A stretch of 17,421 bases of DNA from NCBI GenBank assembly GCA_963833225.1, contig CAWHXD010000020.1, forward strand, positions 1-17,421, read 5' to 3'. The stretch is from an uncultured Chloroflexia bacterium (GTDB lineage: Bacteria > Chloroflexota > Limnocylindria > Limnocylindrales > CSP1-4). Positions 17,124-17,421 of the stretch are shown piece by piece (position 1 is the first letter of the stretch; each line of letters starts with the position of its first letter). Below the pieces are notes generated by a model that did no database searches, was not told the origin of the DNA, and saw only the letters and a program-made list of their open reading frames with translations. The translations under genes and the position numbers were made by a program.

Positions 17124-17421
17124 TCACTCCCCGAGGATCCGCGCCGTGACGTCCAGGATCTCGTCGCCGTACCGCTCGAGGCGCGCAGGGCCCATCCCCT
17201 TGACCCGGCGAAGGGCGGACAGCGAGCGCGGCCGCGCCTCGGCGATCGCCGCCAGGGTCGCGTCGTGGGCGATCACGTAGGGTGGCACGGCCGCCGCCCG
17301 GGCACGGGCGGTCCGCCATTCACGCAGCGCAGCGAACAGCGGGTCCTCGTCCGTGCCCGGTCGCGATGTCCGCACGACCGGCGGCGGTCCGGGCAGGGTC
17401 CGGACCGTGCGCGGTGGTCGC
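17124..17421 (-). CDS. 3' end (HRDC domain) of an ATP-dependent DNA helicase, UvrD2- or RecQ-like; partial
   Basis: LFAALREWR...A....VPPYVIAHDATL.AIA...PRS...L..VKGMGP.RLERYGDEIL is an HRDC domain. The frame stays open through a Pro-rich linker to the window edge. Confidence 0.88.
   Translation of the reverse strand, partial: RPPRTVRTLPGPPPVVRTSRPGTDEDPLFAALREWRTARARAAAVPPYVIAHDATLAAIAEARPRSLSALRRVKGMGPARLERYGDEILDVTARILGE

Overview
High-GC bacterial window of mostly ordinary metabolic and transport genes. The gene mix suggests an Actinomycetota- or Chloroflexota-like genome, which is inference only. Left to right: a degraded sulfotransferase-like remnant, a nucleotide-sugar dehydrogenase (-), an AspC/TyrB-type aminotransferase (+), a GT87/DUF2029-like membrane protein (-), an LLM oxidoreductase and a SAM methyltransferase (+), and a small secreted RTX-repeat protein (-). 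Three consecutive ABC export modules follow on +: an ABC-2 ATPase with two frameshifted permeases, MarR with a TM287/288-like heterodimeric exporter, and an ABC-2 ATPase with one permease. The HRDC-containing 3' end of a helicase (-) closes the window. No CRISPR array, tRNA, rRNA or transposase was seen. The most unusual signals are: (1) an 87-bp inverted, codon-diverged copy of part of the methyltransferase that brackets the RTX gene and could supply an alternative C-terminus; (2) an MprA-box-like direct repeat before the RTX gene; (3) an ABC ATPase lacking the switch histidine next to frameshifted permeases; (4) several single-base indels that may be sequencing error. I found no convincing complete novel system.
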